64,000 nt of DNA from Ignavibacteriota bacterium (GTDB lineage: Bacteria; Bacteroidota; Ignavibacteria; Palsa-1295), in the NCBI GenBank assembly GCA_963787835.1, contig CAWBEI010000002.1, positions 192,001-256,000 on the forward strand, given 5' to 3'. Position numbers and translations under genes: made by a program. Position 1 is the first letter of the stretch, and every line of letters begins with the position of its first letter. Under the pieces are notes generated by a model, which did no database searches, was not told the origin of the DNA, and worked only from the letters and a program-made list of their open reading frames with translations. Shown here piece after piece: positions 40,292 through 50,097 of the stretch.

Positions 40292-40981
40292 ATGTTGCAA
40301 ATACTTGTCATCGAGGATGAGCGTAAAGTCGCTCGCTTCATTCAAAAAGGCCTCTCGGCGGAAGGTATGGAAACGACGATTGCCGAAACTGGCGATGAAG
40401 GACTGCGCCTTGCTTCCGAACGCACCTTCGATATCATTACCGTAGATCTTTCGCTCCCAGGGATCGATGGAATCAGCGTTATTCGAGAACTCCGAGCGCG
40501 ACAAAATTCTGCTGGTATTTTGGTGCTTTCCGCAAAAGGAGCATTAGAAGATAAACTACTGGGCTTTGGAGTGGGTGCTGATGATTACCTTCCCAAACCC
40601 TTTGCGTTCGATGAATTGATCGTTCGCATTCGTGCATTGGCTCGAAGAACGGCGACCTTCGCTCAAGATTCAAAGCTTTCATACTCCGATCTGGAAATGG
40701 ATTTGCGCACCCGACGTGTTGTTCGAAACGGAAAAGAGATCGAATTGACGGCAAGGGAATTTAATCTTCTCGAATTATTCTTGCGCAATCCCGAGCAGGC
40801 GCTTACACGCGCCAAAATTGGCGAATCCGTCTGGCGAGAACAATTTGAGCGAGAGACCAATGTGATCGAGGTCTACATGATGTATCTTCGCAAAAAGCTC
40901 GAGGTTGCAAATTCAAGACCCTTGTTACATACCGTTCGTGGAGTTGGGTACCGGCTCTGCGAACTCCCGGAGCGAGAATGA
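40292..40981 (+). CDS. OmpR/CusR-family response regulator
   Basis: LVIEDE, DLSLPGIDG, GADDYLPKPF, LTAREF, NVIEVY, HTVRGVGY. Confidence 0.95.
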   Translation: MLQILVIEDERKVARFIQKGLSAEGMETTIAETGDEGLRLASERTFDIITVDLSLPGIDGISVIRELRARQNSAGILVLSAKGALEDKLLGFGVGADDYLPKPFAFDELIVRIRALARRTATFAQDSKLSYSDLEMDLRTRRVVRNGKEIELTAREFNLLELFLRNPEQALTRAKIGESVWREQFERETNVIEVYMMYLRKKLEVANSRPLLHTVRGVGYRLCELPERE

Positions 40982-42393
40982 AGATCATTCCACGAAGTCT
41001 TCAGGGACGAACGGCTGTCGTCATCGCATTGGCCTTTTTCTTTTTTCTCACTCTTTTTTTTGTATCTACTTATGGTTCAATTCATAGCTCGCTGCTCGAT
41101 CGAAGCGATGGCGAAGTCCGTGCCGAGTTAGAACGCATAGCATCCGAAACCTTTCCTGGGATTTCTAAAGATGCTCTCACTCATCTTCTTTCAGAGAATC
41201 GATCGATCGGAGAATCACCATTGCATGACGTATTTCTTGAAAGTCAAGCTGGAAGTTTTCTTCTCTCTACGGGCAATGCGATCGACAACATCCCCACCGA
41301 TGTGATGACGGAGCTCAAACAACATCCAGGTCAGCCAATATCCTACTCCTCTTCCGAAGGCGATATGCGGTTAATTAGTATTACGCACGCGGGCACGGTT
41401 CTCGCTGCCTCTTATAACACGATCGTTCTTGAAGAGGCGGAAGATTCCATCGTTCACGTATTCGCCTTCTATTTAGCAGGCGGCTTGATCGTAGGGATTT
41501 TTGGGGGCATATTCCTTTCTAAATATCTGATCGGACCCATTGGTGACCTTGCAACATCTGCGAGAAATATCCTTCATCTTCACGAAGAATCGCCGGATCG
41601 TCTCCCTGTTTCGAAAAACATCGAGGAAGTAGCACATCTCGCCCAATCGATCAACGAACTACTCGATGCTCGTGAGCTCGCCATGGAACGCCAACGGAAT
41701 TTTGCCGCCGATGCTGCACATGAACTGCGAACGCCGCTTACTGTTTTGAAAGGCGAGATCGAGGTTGAGTTAAGGATGATCGACCATGATAGTCCTCAAG
41801 CGGAACTATTGCACAGCAACCTGGAGGAAATCGAGCGACTGATTTCAACAGTTCAGGATCTTTTAGAGTTAGCAGAAATAGAAGCCGATAATACACTCGA
41901 CTCTCCTGATTCTGAGTGTTCCATTCAATCCGCCATTCAGTACGCCGCCGATCGACTTCGTGGCCTTGCTTCGGAAAGAGGAATTTTGTTGATACTCCCG
42001 CAAAACGATGTTATTATTAGAGCTCAAGAAAAGCGGATAACACGGCTGATCTATAATCTTCTGTTGAATGCTGTGGAACATTCCGGATCCACACCACAGG
42101 TAGAGGTAAGGCTTCGTATCACAGACCAAGGCTGCATTCTCGAAATTCAAGATCAGGGGAAAGGAATCCTACCCGAACAACTTGAACATCTGTTCGAACG
42201 CTTCTACCGAAGCGAAAGCGGCGCTGCGGACAAACGAGGCGGCGCAGGGCTTGGCCTTGCCATCGTAAAATCTATTGCTGACCATTATAGTTACCAATTA
42301 GGCGTACACAGTAGCAGAGGCATAGGAACAACGGTCTCCTTGAGTATTCCACACTCTGCTATCTTGGATAAGAATATTCTCATGTTATTCTAA
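40978..42393 (+). CDS. Sensor histidine kinase (2 TM, HAMP, HisKA, HATPase)
   Basis: FAADAAHELRTPL, NLLLNA, DQGKGI, LFERFYR, GAGLGLAI; ATGA overlap with the regulator gene. Confidence 0.95.
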   Translation: MKIIPRSLQGRTAVVIALAFFFFLTLFFVSTYGSIHSSLLDRSDGEVRAELERIASETFPGISKDALTHLLSENRSIGESPLHDVFLESQAGSFLLSTGNAIDNIPTDVMTELKQHPGQPISYSSSEGDMRLISITHAGTVLAASYNTIVLEEAEDSIVHVFAFYLAGGLIVGIFGGIFLSKYLIGPIGDLATSARNILHLHEESPDRLPVSKNIEEVAHLAQSINELLDARELAMERQRNFAADAAHELRTPLTVLKGEIEVELRMIDHDSPQAELLHSNLEEIERLISTVQDLLELAEIEADNTLDSPDSECSIQSAIQYAADRLRGLASERGILLILPQNDVIIRAQEKRITRLIYNLLLNAVEHSGSTPQVEVRLRITDQGCILEIQDQGKGILPEQLEHLFERFYRSESGAADKRGGAGLGLAIVKSIADHYSYQLGVHSSRGIGTTVSLSIPHSAILDKNILMLF

Positions 42394-42405
42394 TTGTATT
42401 CTTAT
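42375..42405 (+). promoter_or_regulatory. Three TATTCTnAT direct repeats at 11-bp period (candidate OmpR-family binding site)
   Basis: TATTCTCAT at 42375, TATTCTAAT at 42386, TATTCTTAT at 42397; just upstream of the TATGTTTG box at 42417-42424. Confidence 0.65.
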
Positions 42406-42416
42406 CTATTGATTTG

Positions 42417-42424
42417 TATGTTTG
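42417..42424 (+). promoter_or_regulatory. TAnnTTTG promoter box 4 nt upstream of the TonB receptor ATG
   Basis: TATGTTTG-taac-ATG (42429). Confidence 0.55.
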
Positions 42425-42428
42425 TAAC

Positions 42429-44732
42429 ATGAAATTTCGGATACTAAATTTTCGCCACACTGGCCTTGTCATTGTTTTTTTTATATTTTTCCCTGGATTG
42501 GCACTGGCGGGCTCGATCCATGGTGTAATTAAGAGCGGGGATGAAACGATCACGGGGGCAAGCGTTCGGCTTCTTGAACTCGACCGCAGCACCATTTCCG
42601 GCGCTCACGGGGAATATACTTTCGAGCGTGTTCCGGCTGGTACCTATCATATTTTTGTACACGCGGTCGGATACGCCTCGAAAACAAGCATGGTCCAGGT
42701 AACAGATGGTTCAGCGGAGCTTTCGTTCTCGCTCACCCCTTCTGCGCTTCCCGGTGAAGAGGTCGTTGTTTCGGCATCTCCTTATGCACGCACCGAAAGC
42801 GAACAGTATCAGCCGGTTGCGACGAAGGATGCCAATGAGTTGCATGAAAGTCCTGGCTCGACTTTTTCGGAGGAGATTGACGATATACCCGGAGTTGCAA
42901 TGCGATATAATGCTGCTGCGCCATCGCGGCCTATTGTACGTGGTCTTGGCGATAACGAAGATCTGATTTTAGAAAACGGGTTGAGAATCGGCGATCTTTC
43001 AACATTCGATCCCGCACATGCCACACCAATAGAGATGGGAGAAGTACAGGAGGTAGATATTGTGCGCGGCCCAGCAAGCATTCTTTATGGTTCCAATTCT
43101 ATTGGCGGCCTTGTAAACGTAATTACCAATACGATCCCAATGGCATCGAGCCAAACGGTCAGCGGAAATGCGACCGTCACAGGAAATTCGGTTAATGATC
43201 TCTATTCCGCACATTTCAATACTGTTTGGAGCGACGGCTCATCAGCGCTCCAAATTTCAGCCGGAGATCTTCATTCCGGTAGTATTGCAATTCCCTCCGG
43301 AACCTATACAGACCCCACCACGAGTCAAACATATAATCTCACTGCGATGCCTCAGTCATTCATGCGAACCAGCGATGAAGGCATTGGCTACTCCTATCAG
43401 GGAGATTTTGGAATGATCGGAGTTGGAGTAAAACATTATTATTCCAATTATGGGATTACCGGTGATCCCTGGGATACAATGTATATGAATCCGACGACAT
43501 CTCGCATTGTGCAGGAAAAATATACCGCAGAGTTGCGTGCGCAGTTCAATGTCGGAGGATCATTTGTCAATCAGATCCGACTCAACTCAAGTGCCAGCGA
43601 TTATGTGCATTCGGAATTCCCAACTATTCCCGATTCCGCCGGCACATCGCCGATCGAATTCGAGCAGAATAACTTTCACCAAAACAATTATAATACAACG
43701 CTCCAATTCCTTCTTCAACCCATGGGAAATTGGCAGGGAACGCTCGGGTTGTGGAGTGACATTGAAAACCTTACTCTGGGCGGCTTGCAGCCTCTTGGTC
43801 CCAATTCGCTTACGACTGGGCTTGCTGGCTATGTATTGGAAGAATATCGAGCTGGGGATAATACCAAAGTTCAAGGAGCCGTCCGATACGATTACAATAA
43901 TATTTCAACATTTGGATCGCCCTATTCTACCGTGCCGGTGTTTGTAAACTTCAATGAAACACGAACCGCCAACGCTGTGACCGGCTCACTCGGAATTATT
44001 CAGAACATAACATCTCAAATTACCGGCTCACTCAACGTCGGTCGTTCATTCCGAGCCCCTACCATGCAGGAATTGTTTTCGCTTGGCCCTGACGATGCGA
44101 GTCAGGCTTCGCTTGTTGGCGATTCGAACCTGGTTCCTGAGACTTCGCTCGGAATTGATATGACGCTAACGGGCAGGTTCTCGGACTTTACGTTTTCGGT
44201 CTCGCCGTTCATAAATTTTATCCATAATTACATTTATAGCTATACAAATGGAGTAACGGACACGATCGACCAGCCGAATTACCTTTACCGATTCTTCGCG
44301 CAGACGGATGCCCGGCTCTATGGTGGAGAAGTGAGTGCAACCGCTCAACTTATGGATCATCTCGCACTTACCGTAAGCGGGGATTATGTAAATGCTGAGG
44401 ATGTAAACAGAGATACTGCACTTCCTTCGACTCCACCACTCCGCGGACTTTTGAGATTAAATTATCTCGATAATATGTATTCCGGTTTGATCGAGTGGCG
44501 TTTGGTTGCTGCTCAAAACCGGCTTGGGGATGGCGATTTTTATACTGCAGGATATGGTATCCTTAATCTGGGCTTTGGGGTTCGTTTCCACTCTGGAGAC
44601 GCCGTACATAATATCAGCGTCCATTGTGACAATCTCTTCAATAAAGTATATTACGATAATCTCTCGGCAATCGGGTTTTTCCTTCCTCAACCTGCTCGCG
44701 GATTCCGGCTTGTGTATGATGTGACGTTCTGA
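42429..44732 (+). CDS. TonB-dependent receptor (ZnuD-like subfamily pattern)
   Basis: Carboxypeptidase-regulatory-like N-domain; RPIVRGL, IVRGPASILYGSNSIGGLVNV, SFRAP, DNLFNKVY; C-terminal Phe. Confidence 0.9.
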   Translation: MKFRILNFRHTGLVIVFFIFFPGLALAGSIHGVIKSGDETITGASVRLLELDRSTISGAHGEYTFERVPAGTYHIFVHAVGYASKTSMVQVTDGSAELSFSLTPSALPGEEVVVSASPYARTESEQYQPVATKDANELHESPGSTFSEEIDDIPGVAMRYNAAAPSRPIVRGLGDNEDLILENGLRIGDLSTFDPAHATPIEMGEVQEVDIVRGPASILYGSNSIGGLVNVITNTIPMASSQTVSGNATVTGNSVNDLYSAHFNTVWSDGSSALQISAGDLHSGSIAIPSGTYTDPTTSQTYNLTAMPQSFMRTSDEGIGYSYQGDFGMIGVGVKHYYSNYGITGDPWDTMYMNPTTSRIVQEKYTAELRAQFNVGGSFVNQIRLNSSASDYVHSEFPTIPDSAGTSPIEFEQNNFHQNNYNTTLQFLLQPMGNWQGTLGLWSDIENLTLGGLQPLGPNSLTTGLAGYVLEEYRAGDNTKVQGAVRYDYNNISTFGSPYSTVPVFVNFNETRTANAVTGSLGIIQNITSQITGSLNVGRSFRAPTMQELFSLGPDDASQASLVGDSNLVPETSLGIDMTLTGRFSDFTFSVSPFINFIHNYIYSYTNGVTDTIDQPNYLYRFFAQTDARLYGGEVSATAQLMDHLALTVSGDYVNAEDVNRDTALPSTPPLRGLLRLNYLDNMYSGLIEWRLVAAQNRLGDGDFYTAGYGILNLGFGVRFHSGDAVHNISVHCDNLFNKVYYDNLSAIGFFLPQPARGFRLVYDVTF

Positions 44733-44779
44733 TCGTCTTAATTCTTGTATCGCAGTTCATTTCCCAATTCAACTTAAAT

Positions 44780-47212
44780 ATGATGAAAACTCTTTTTTTC
44801 TTTTTTCTTTTAATTCCTTCAATAACGGTTGCGCAAGTTCACTATTCCGGTTCGATTGTCGATAAACAATCGCGCGAACCCGTTGGCGGGGCTAATGTAC
44901 TCGTCAGTGGCAAGCGTGTTGCGATAAGCGATAGCACTGGCACGTTCGCATTCACCTCTACCAATGCGGTGCGGTTGATTTCCATCGTGCGTCTCGGATA
45001 TGCAAACGCTTCTATTGAAATTCCAGCCGATGCTAATACCGTGACCGTTGAACTCGAACAGCAATCGCCTTCGAAAGAAGTATTGGTGCAAGGAGCAACC
45101 AATCCAGCGGCACAGGCGCGCCCCGATGCTGCCATTTCGGTTCTCACGCCCCTTGAGCTGACTCGGAGCTCGGGGCTTTCACTACAGGATGCAGTCAATC
45201 TTATTCCGGGAGTCAATTTGGAAGCACGCACACCGTTCGGAGGACAGAAGTTTACCATTCGTGGTATCGGGGGTAACACGGGAACCGGCATTTCCAGCGA
45301 TTTCAGCCCAACAGGCTATAAAGTTTATCTCGATGGTGTGCCGATCACGGACGCGACAGGTCTGACACTCATGGACGACGTCGATAATGCAAATCTGGGC
45401 GGCGTTTCGATCATCAAAGGACCGGCCTCCACACTTTACGGGAACGGAATCGGCGGCGTTGTCCAGCTATACACTCTTCAGCCCACGCCCAGACAAGAGG
45501 ATGTATCGGAAGATTATCTTGCTGGTAGTCATGGCCTCATGCGCTGGGATAATCGGATCGAAGATGGAACCGACAATAACGCGCTCTTGATGAATTATGG
45601 CAAACAGCATGATGATGGCCCGCGTATGCATAGCGCATCGGATAAAAATTATGTCTCATTTACAGACAAATATAGCGCAAACCCGAAGCAGACCATTTCC
45701 GTGTTCGGAAACTATAGCGATTCCTACGAACAATACGGCGGTGAAGAACCGGACTCCATGTTTATAAACCGCCTCAATTGGGACGATCCAAATTACGTTC
45801 AAGCCGACGCGCATGAAAAAATTGAAAGCTTCCGCGGTGGCGCGACCGATAATTACCAGTTTAACAACGATTTTGGCAATACCTCGTCGCTCTTCTTCGA
45901 TGGCTATTCGCTGAACTCCGCCAACGGAGCGCATCGTGGTAATCCCGTCGCAGATTCGCTGAAAACTCCGCCTACACAATCAACCTCGGACAATAACGTG
46001 TTTACATTTGGAGGGCGGTCTGTCTTTAATTATCAATATAGCAATAGTTCTATTACCCTCAACGGCGTGGGCGGCGTCGAATTCGATAAAACCGACGAGT
46101 TCACCAAGAGCTATGCTTATACAGGTGGCATATTGGGCGCAATCTCATCGGACCTGCAGATCGATGCGATCCGAACCTCACCCTTTACACAATGGGTACT
46201 TACACTTCCCAATCAGTGGTTCGTCACGGCCGGAGTGAGTGTCAATTATACTCAGTTCAATGTTCAGGACATGCACAATCCACCAGATACGTCCAAGACA
46301 GTATCTAATAATAAAAATGCATCGGTCTTCAAGGTATTCACACCAGTTCCGATGCCACATTTCGATCTTGCAAAGCAATTGAACGATAATACAACCGTGT
46401 ATGCCGATTTCAGCGAGGGATATACCCCCCCGACTACGTCCACGGTCGTAATTCCGGCACTCAACGAGGTCAATTCGGGACTTCAACCCGAAAAAGGAAC
46501 ACAATATGAACTTGGCATCAAAGGGACAGCGCTCGATAATCGCTTAAGCTACCAGGCGGACATTTTCGATCTTACCCTTACCAATGCGTTCGAAACAGAG
46601 GCGGATTCGGGAACGACCATTACGGTCAATTCCCCGGCTGAACAGGACAATAAAGGCCTGGAAGCTGCTATCGGATATGCGGTCGTTGATGATCCATCTC
46701 AGACAATATCTTTTATTCGCCCGTGGGCCAACATCGCTTATTCCAGTTTTACGTATAAGAATCTAAAGGCAACGAATAATGCTTCCGACACTGCGGCCGC
46801 CGATAATTACAATGGAAATTCGGTCGAAGGTGTTCCACAAAAGGTCATAAATGCGGGGGTCGATCTTAATACGAAATTCGGGCTTTATTTCAATGCAACG
46901 TGGAATTACAATGATAAAATGGCGATGAACTACCAGAACACGGTGTATGCACCGGCCTATTACCTGATCAATATGAAAATCGGTTATAAGACGATCATTG
47001 ACGATGTCATTTCCGTGAATGTTTATGTGGGAGCGAATAATCTCACGAACGAATTGTATTATTCGGAGGCAATTCTGAATCCTATGCCTTATGTGGATCT
47101 GCAAGGCCACGGTGTGCCCGGCGCAACTACACCTCAGACCCAGGACGCGCTCTTCATTCCGGGATATGCGACAACATGGTATGGGGGAGCAACGATAAAA
47201 TGGCTGTTTTAG
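44780..47212 (+). CDS. TonB-dependent receptor
   Basis: Signal peptide ending TVAQ; TIRGIG, YLDGVPITDATG, IIKGPASTLYGNGIGG, LQPEKG, NNLTNELY; C-terminal Phe. Confidence 0.9.
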   Translation: MMKTLFFFFLLIPSITVAQVHYSGSIVDKQSREPVGGANVLVSGKRVAISDSTGTFAFTSTNAVRLISIVRLGYANASIEIPADANTVTVELEQQSPSKEVLVQGATNPAAQARPDAAISVLTPLELTRSSGLSLQDAVNLIPGVNLEARTPFGGQKFTIRGIGGNTGTGISSDFSPTGYKVYLDGVPITDATGLTLMDDVDNANLGGVSIIKGPASTLYGNGIGGVVQLYTLQPTPRQEDVSEDYLAGSHGLMRWDNRIEDGTDNNALLMNYGKQHDDGPRMHSASDKNYVSFTDKYSANPKQTISVFGNYSDSYEQYGGEEPDSMFINRLNWDDPNYVQADAHEKIESFRGGATDNYQFNNDFGNTSSLFFDGYSLNSANGAHRGNPVADSLKTPPTQSTSDNNVFTFGGRSVFNYQYSNSSITLNGVGGVEFDKTDEFTKSYAYTGGILGAISSDLQIDAIRTSPFTQWVLTLPNQWFVTAGVSVNYTQFNVQDMHNPPDTSKTVSNNKNASVFKVFTPVPMPHFDLAKQLNDNTTVYADFSEGYTPPTTSTVVIPALNEVNSGLQPEKGTQYELGIKGTALDNRLSYQADIFDLTLTNAFETEADSGTTITVNSPAEQDNKGLEAAIGYAVVDDPSQTISFIRPWANIAYSSFTYKNLKATNNASDTAAADNYNGNSVEGVPQKVINAGVDLNTKFGLYFNATWNYNDKMAMNYQNTVYAPAYYLINMKIGYKTIIDDVISVNVYVGANNLTNELYYSEAILNPMPYVDLQGHGVPGATTPQTQDALFIPGYATTWYGGATIKWLF

Positions 47213-47220
47213 TAAAGAAA

Positions 47221-48147
47221 ATGAGCGACTCAGGGAGCGGGAAAGCGCGGGCATTGCTCGCGTTTTCCCTTGCTTCTTTACTAAGCGCATTAGTATTATT
47301 AAATTCCTGCGGGAAATCGAATGCTCCGCCCGCAACGCTGGCTGAACAGATGAAGACCGATACGAGCGTGCGTATCGTTTGCGTGTCTAAACAACTCACC
47401 GAAATGATCTTCGCTCTCGGCATGGGCGATAAGGTCGTAGGATGCGATCTCACGAGCAATTATCCACCGGAAGAGACTTCGAAGCTTCCCAAAGTAGGCT
47501 ATCATCGCTTACTTTCGGCGGAGGGAATTATCTCTCTGCACCCGACAATCGTCGTGCATGATAGCAACAACGCCCCCAAAAGCGCGCTCGATCAGGTGAG
47601 GAAGGCTGGAATTCCCGTCGAATATTTCCCTGAAGCGAAGGACCTTGATCAGACCAAACAGGTCTTGCGCGATCTGGGGAAAGCATTTGGAGTCGAGCAC
47701 CGCGCCGATTCGCTCTGCCATTATCTCGATTCGACAATGGCGCTCGCGCTTTCGATCCATCACGAAACGCATCCCAAAGTAGTGGTTATTCATTTTGGTA
47801 TGGTGGGAATGAGCTATCTTGTCATTACCAAAAGAAATCTCGCGAGTAAGATGATCGAGTGGGCAGGGGGACTCAATCCAATCGATCCCGGACGTGGCAT
47901 GGCTCAGTTAAGCCCTGAACTGATCGCGGAAGCACAGCCCGACATTATTTTAGTGACTGATTATGGATTCGATCATGCCGGAGGAATCGAGGGCGTTAAA
48001 AAACTTCCTGGCGTCGCGCTTACTCCGGCTGCGAAAAATAACCGTATTTACCGAATAGCGGAGCACGATATTGTCTATTTCGGCCCGCGTACGGGTGATA
48101 ATGTGATGAAATTTGAGAAGTTGTTGTACCCGGACGTAAACCCTTAG
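47221..48147 (+). CDS. Haem/iron-chelate ABC transporter substrate-binding lipoprotein (HmuT/ShuT-like)
   Basis: Lipobox LLNSC; KVGYHRLLSAEGIISL retains the haem-ligating Tyr; TPAAKNNRI, FGPRTG. Confidence 0.85.
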   Translation: MSDSGSGKARALLAFSLASLLSALVLLNSCGKSNAPPATLAEQMKTDTSVRIVCVSKQLTEMIFALGMGDKVVGCDLTSNYPPEETSKLPKVGYHRLLSAEGIISLHPTIVVHDSNNAPKSALDQVRKAGIPVEYFPEAKDLDQTKQVLRDLGKAFGVEHRADSLCHYLDSTMALALSIHHETHPKVVVIHFGMVGMSYLVITKRNLASKMIEWAGGLNPIDPGRGMAQLSPELIAEAQPDIILVTDYGFDHAGGIEGVKKLPGVALTPAAKNNRIYRIAEHDIVYFGPRTGDNVMKFEKLLYPDVNP

Positions 48148-48171
48148 CCCTAATGTGAGCGTTCTGAGGAA

Positions 48172-49239
48172 GTGCCAATAGTTCGTCAATCCTTCGGTTC
48201 GTTGTATGCAGCGCTTGCCGTACTTCTTGTGGTAGCGATTTTTTTTGCGCTGAGTGTAGGCGCGGTGCCTATTTCAATTTCGCAGATAGGAACCTATTTT
48301 TTCCACGCCATCGGCAGTGCGACCGGGGAGCGTCCCTCACTTGAAGAAGCAGTTTTTTTGCAGATTCGGCTCCCTCGCGTACTGCTTTCGGCGCTGGTTG
48401 GTGCGTCGCTTTCTGTTTCAGGTGCGTTGATGCAGGCGCTCTTTCGTAATCCAATTGTCGAGCCAGGACTGGTTGGAACCTCCGCAGGCGCGGCATTCGG
48501 GGCGGCGATCGTCTTTGTGCTGGGGAAAAACATCACCTTTCTTTCGAATACATTTCTCGAGCCATTTTTGCTTCCCATCTTTGCATTTCTCGGCGGGCTC
48601 CTTGCCACGATCATCGTTTACCGTGTTTCGACTTTTACAGGGAAAGTTACTGTAGCAACGATGCTCCTCGCCGGCATCGCGATCAATGGCATGTTCGGCA
48701 GCAGCACCGGATTCCTTTCTTACATCGCACACGATCCGCAGGCGCGCTCAATCACCTTCTGGATGCTCGGTGGTTTCGGCGGCGTCGATTGGAATGCGGT
48801 GGAACTTGTAGCGGTGACGACTATTCTTGGAACACTCATCGCGATACGAAACAGCAAAGGACTGAACGCGCTGCTGCTCGGCGAAGCCGAGGCAGGACAC
48901 TTGGGAATGAACCCAAAACGCTTACAGCGTAATATTCTTCTCTTGAACACCGTCATGGTCGCCACGGCAACTTCAATGGTAGGCGTCATCGCCTTTGTGG
49001 GACTAATTGTACCGCATATACTGCGTATTGTTCGAGGGTCGGACACACGCTACCTCCTCACTGGCTCAGCGTTGCTGGGTGCCGCGCTATTGGTTATGGC
49101 CGATGCAGTTTCGCGGATAGTCATTGCGCCAGGTGAATTACCAGTAGGAGTAATTACTTCCTTTGTTGGCGCGCCAGTATTCTTATGGATACTCGTTCGC
49201 CATCGAAGCATCGATCCCGTTGGAGGATTTTATGCTTGA
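48172..49239 (+). CDS. Haem/iron-chelate ABC transporter permease (HmuU/FecCD family)
   Basis: IRLPR, QALFRNP, LLGEAEAGHLG, FVGLIVPH, GAPVFL. Confidence 0.92.
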   Translation: MPIVRQSFGSLYAALAVLLVVAIFFALSVGAVPISISQIGTYFFHAIGSATGERPSLEEAVFLQIRLPRVLLSALVGASLSVSGALMQALFRNPIVEPGLVGTSAGAAFGAAIVFVLGKNITFLSNTFLEPFLLPIFAFLGGLLATIIVYRVSTFTGKVTVATMLLAGIAINGMFGSSTGFLSYIAHDPQARSITFWMLGGFGGVDWNAVELVAVTTILGTLIAIRNSKGLNALLLGEAEAGHLGMNPKRLQRNILLLNTVMVATATSMVGVIAFVGLIVPHILRIVRGSDTRYLLTGSALLGAALLVMADAVSRIVIAPGELPVGVITSFVGAPVFLWILVRHRSIDPVGGFYA

Positions 49240-50011
49240 GGTTCGCGATATTTCATATCATATTGGCGAGGCACGAATTCTTCGTGGCATTTCTGCGCGG
49301 TTCGAGCCGGGCACACTTTCGGTTATTGTAGGCCCTAATGGTTCCGGAAAATCGACGTTGCTTCGCGCCATGAGCGGCGAAAACATTCCGAGTTCGGGCG
49401 CAGTGTTCTATGGCACGACATCCCTCCCAACGATTCGGCCTCAGGACCGGGCAAGGATGCGCGCGGTGTTATCGCAACGTACCGAGTTAACATTTCCTCT
49501 CACCGTCACGGAAATTGTGATGATGGGTCGTTATCCTCATTTTCTTGTGAAGCCCTCGAATAAAGATTATGAGATCGTTGAAGCCGCGCTCGAACGAATG
49601 GGCATACTCGAATTTGGTGCTCGAAATTATCTGACACTCTCCGGCGGTGAGCAGCAAATCGTACAGTTCGCTAGAATTCTTGCTCAAATTTGGGACGCTC
49701 GTGATGGTGAAACAAAATATCTTCTGCTCGATGAACCTACCACTTTCCTCGATCTCAAACATCAGCATCAATTCTTGCATATCGCCCAAGAACTGGCATT
49801 TGAGGGTGCCGTGGTCATTGCTGTGATTCATGATATAAATCTTGCGGCGCAATATGCCGGTTTTATTTTGGCGATTGAATCCGGAAAGGTGCTTGCCAGC
49901 GGTACACCCAACAGAGTTATTCAGTCTGAGATCATTGATGCCCTCTATCACATCGAGAGTACGATCCTACATCCGGACGGAATGAACTTCCCCATTGTGT
50001 GCGCCTCATGA
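49232..50011 (+). CDS. hmuV: Haem ABC transporter ATP-binding protein (HmuV-like)
   Basis: GPNGSGKST, LSGGEQQ, ARILAQIW, LLLDEPT, HDINLAAQYA; GGAGG upstream of ATG 49232. Confidence 0.85.
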   Translation: MLEVRDISYHIGEARILRGISARFEPGTLSVIVGPNGSGKSTLLRAMSGENIPSSGAVFYGTTSLPTIRPQDRARMRAVLSQRTELTFPLTVTEIVMMGRYPHFLVKPSNKDYEIVEAALERMGILEFGARNYLTLSGGEQQIVQFARILAQIWDARDGETKYLLLDEPTTFLDLKHQHQFLHIAQELAFEGAVVIAVIHDINLAAQYAGFILAIESGKVLASGTPNRVIQSEIIDALYHIESTILHPDGMNFPIVCAS

Positions 50012-50037
50012 CAGGCCAGACCCTGTAATTTTGAATC

Positions 50038-50097
50038 ATGATTTTTGTTATGTCCCCAACTAAAGTTGGGGACTACACGGTTTGTCATGCGGCATGA
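50038..50097 (+). CDS. Candidate 19-aa leaderless uORF (MIFVMSPTKVGDYTVCHAA) coupled to proline dehydrogenase
   Basis: TAATTTTG (50026-50033) + 4 nt + ATG; its TGA overlaps the downstream ATG (ATGA, 50094-50097). Confidence 0.35.
   Translation: MIFVMSPTKVGDYTVCHAA
50052..50076 (-). repeat. GTAG-tagged REP-like palindrome
   Basis: Minus strand GTAGTCCCCAACTTTAGTTGGGGAC; perfect 10-bp arms. Confidence 0.7.

Noticed and set aside
42393-42428. Cobalamin riboswitch or Fur box upstream of the TonB receptors
   Set aside because: The intergenic space is too short for a riboswitch, and I saw no GATAATGATAATCATTATC-like sequence.
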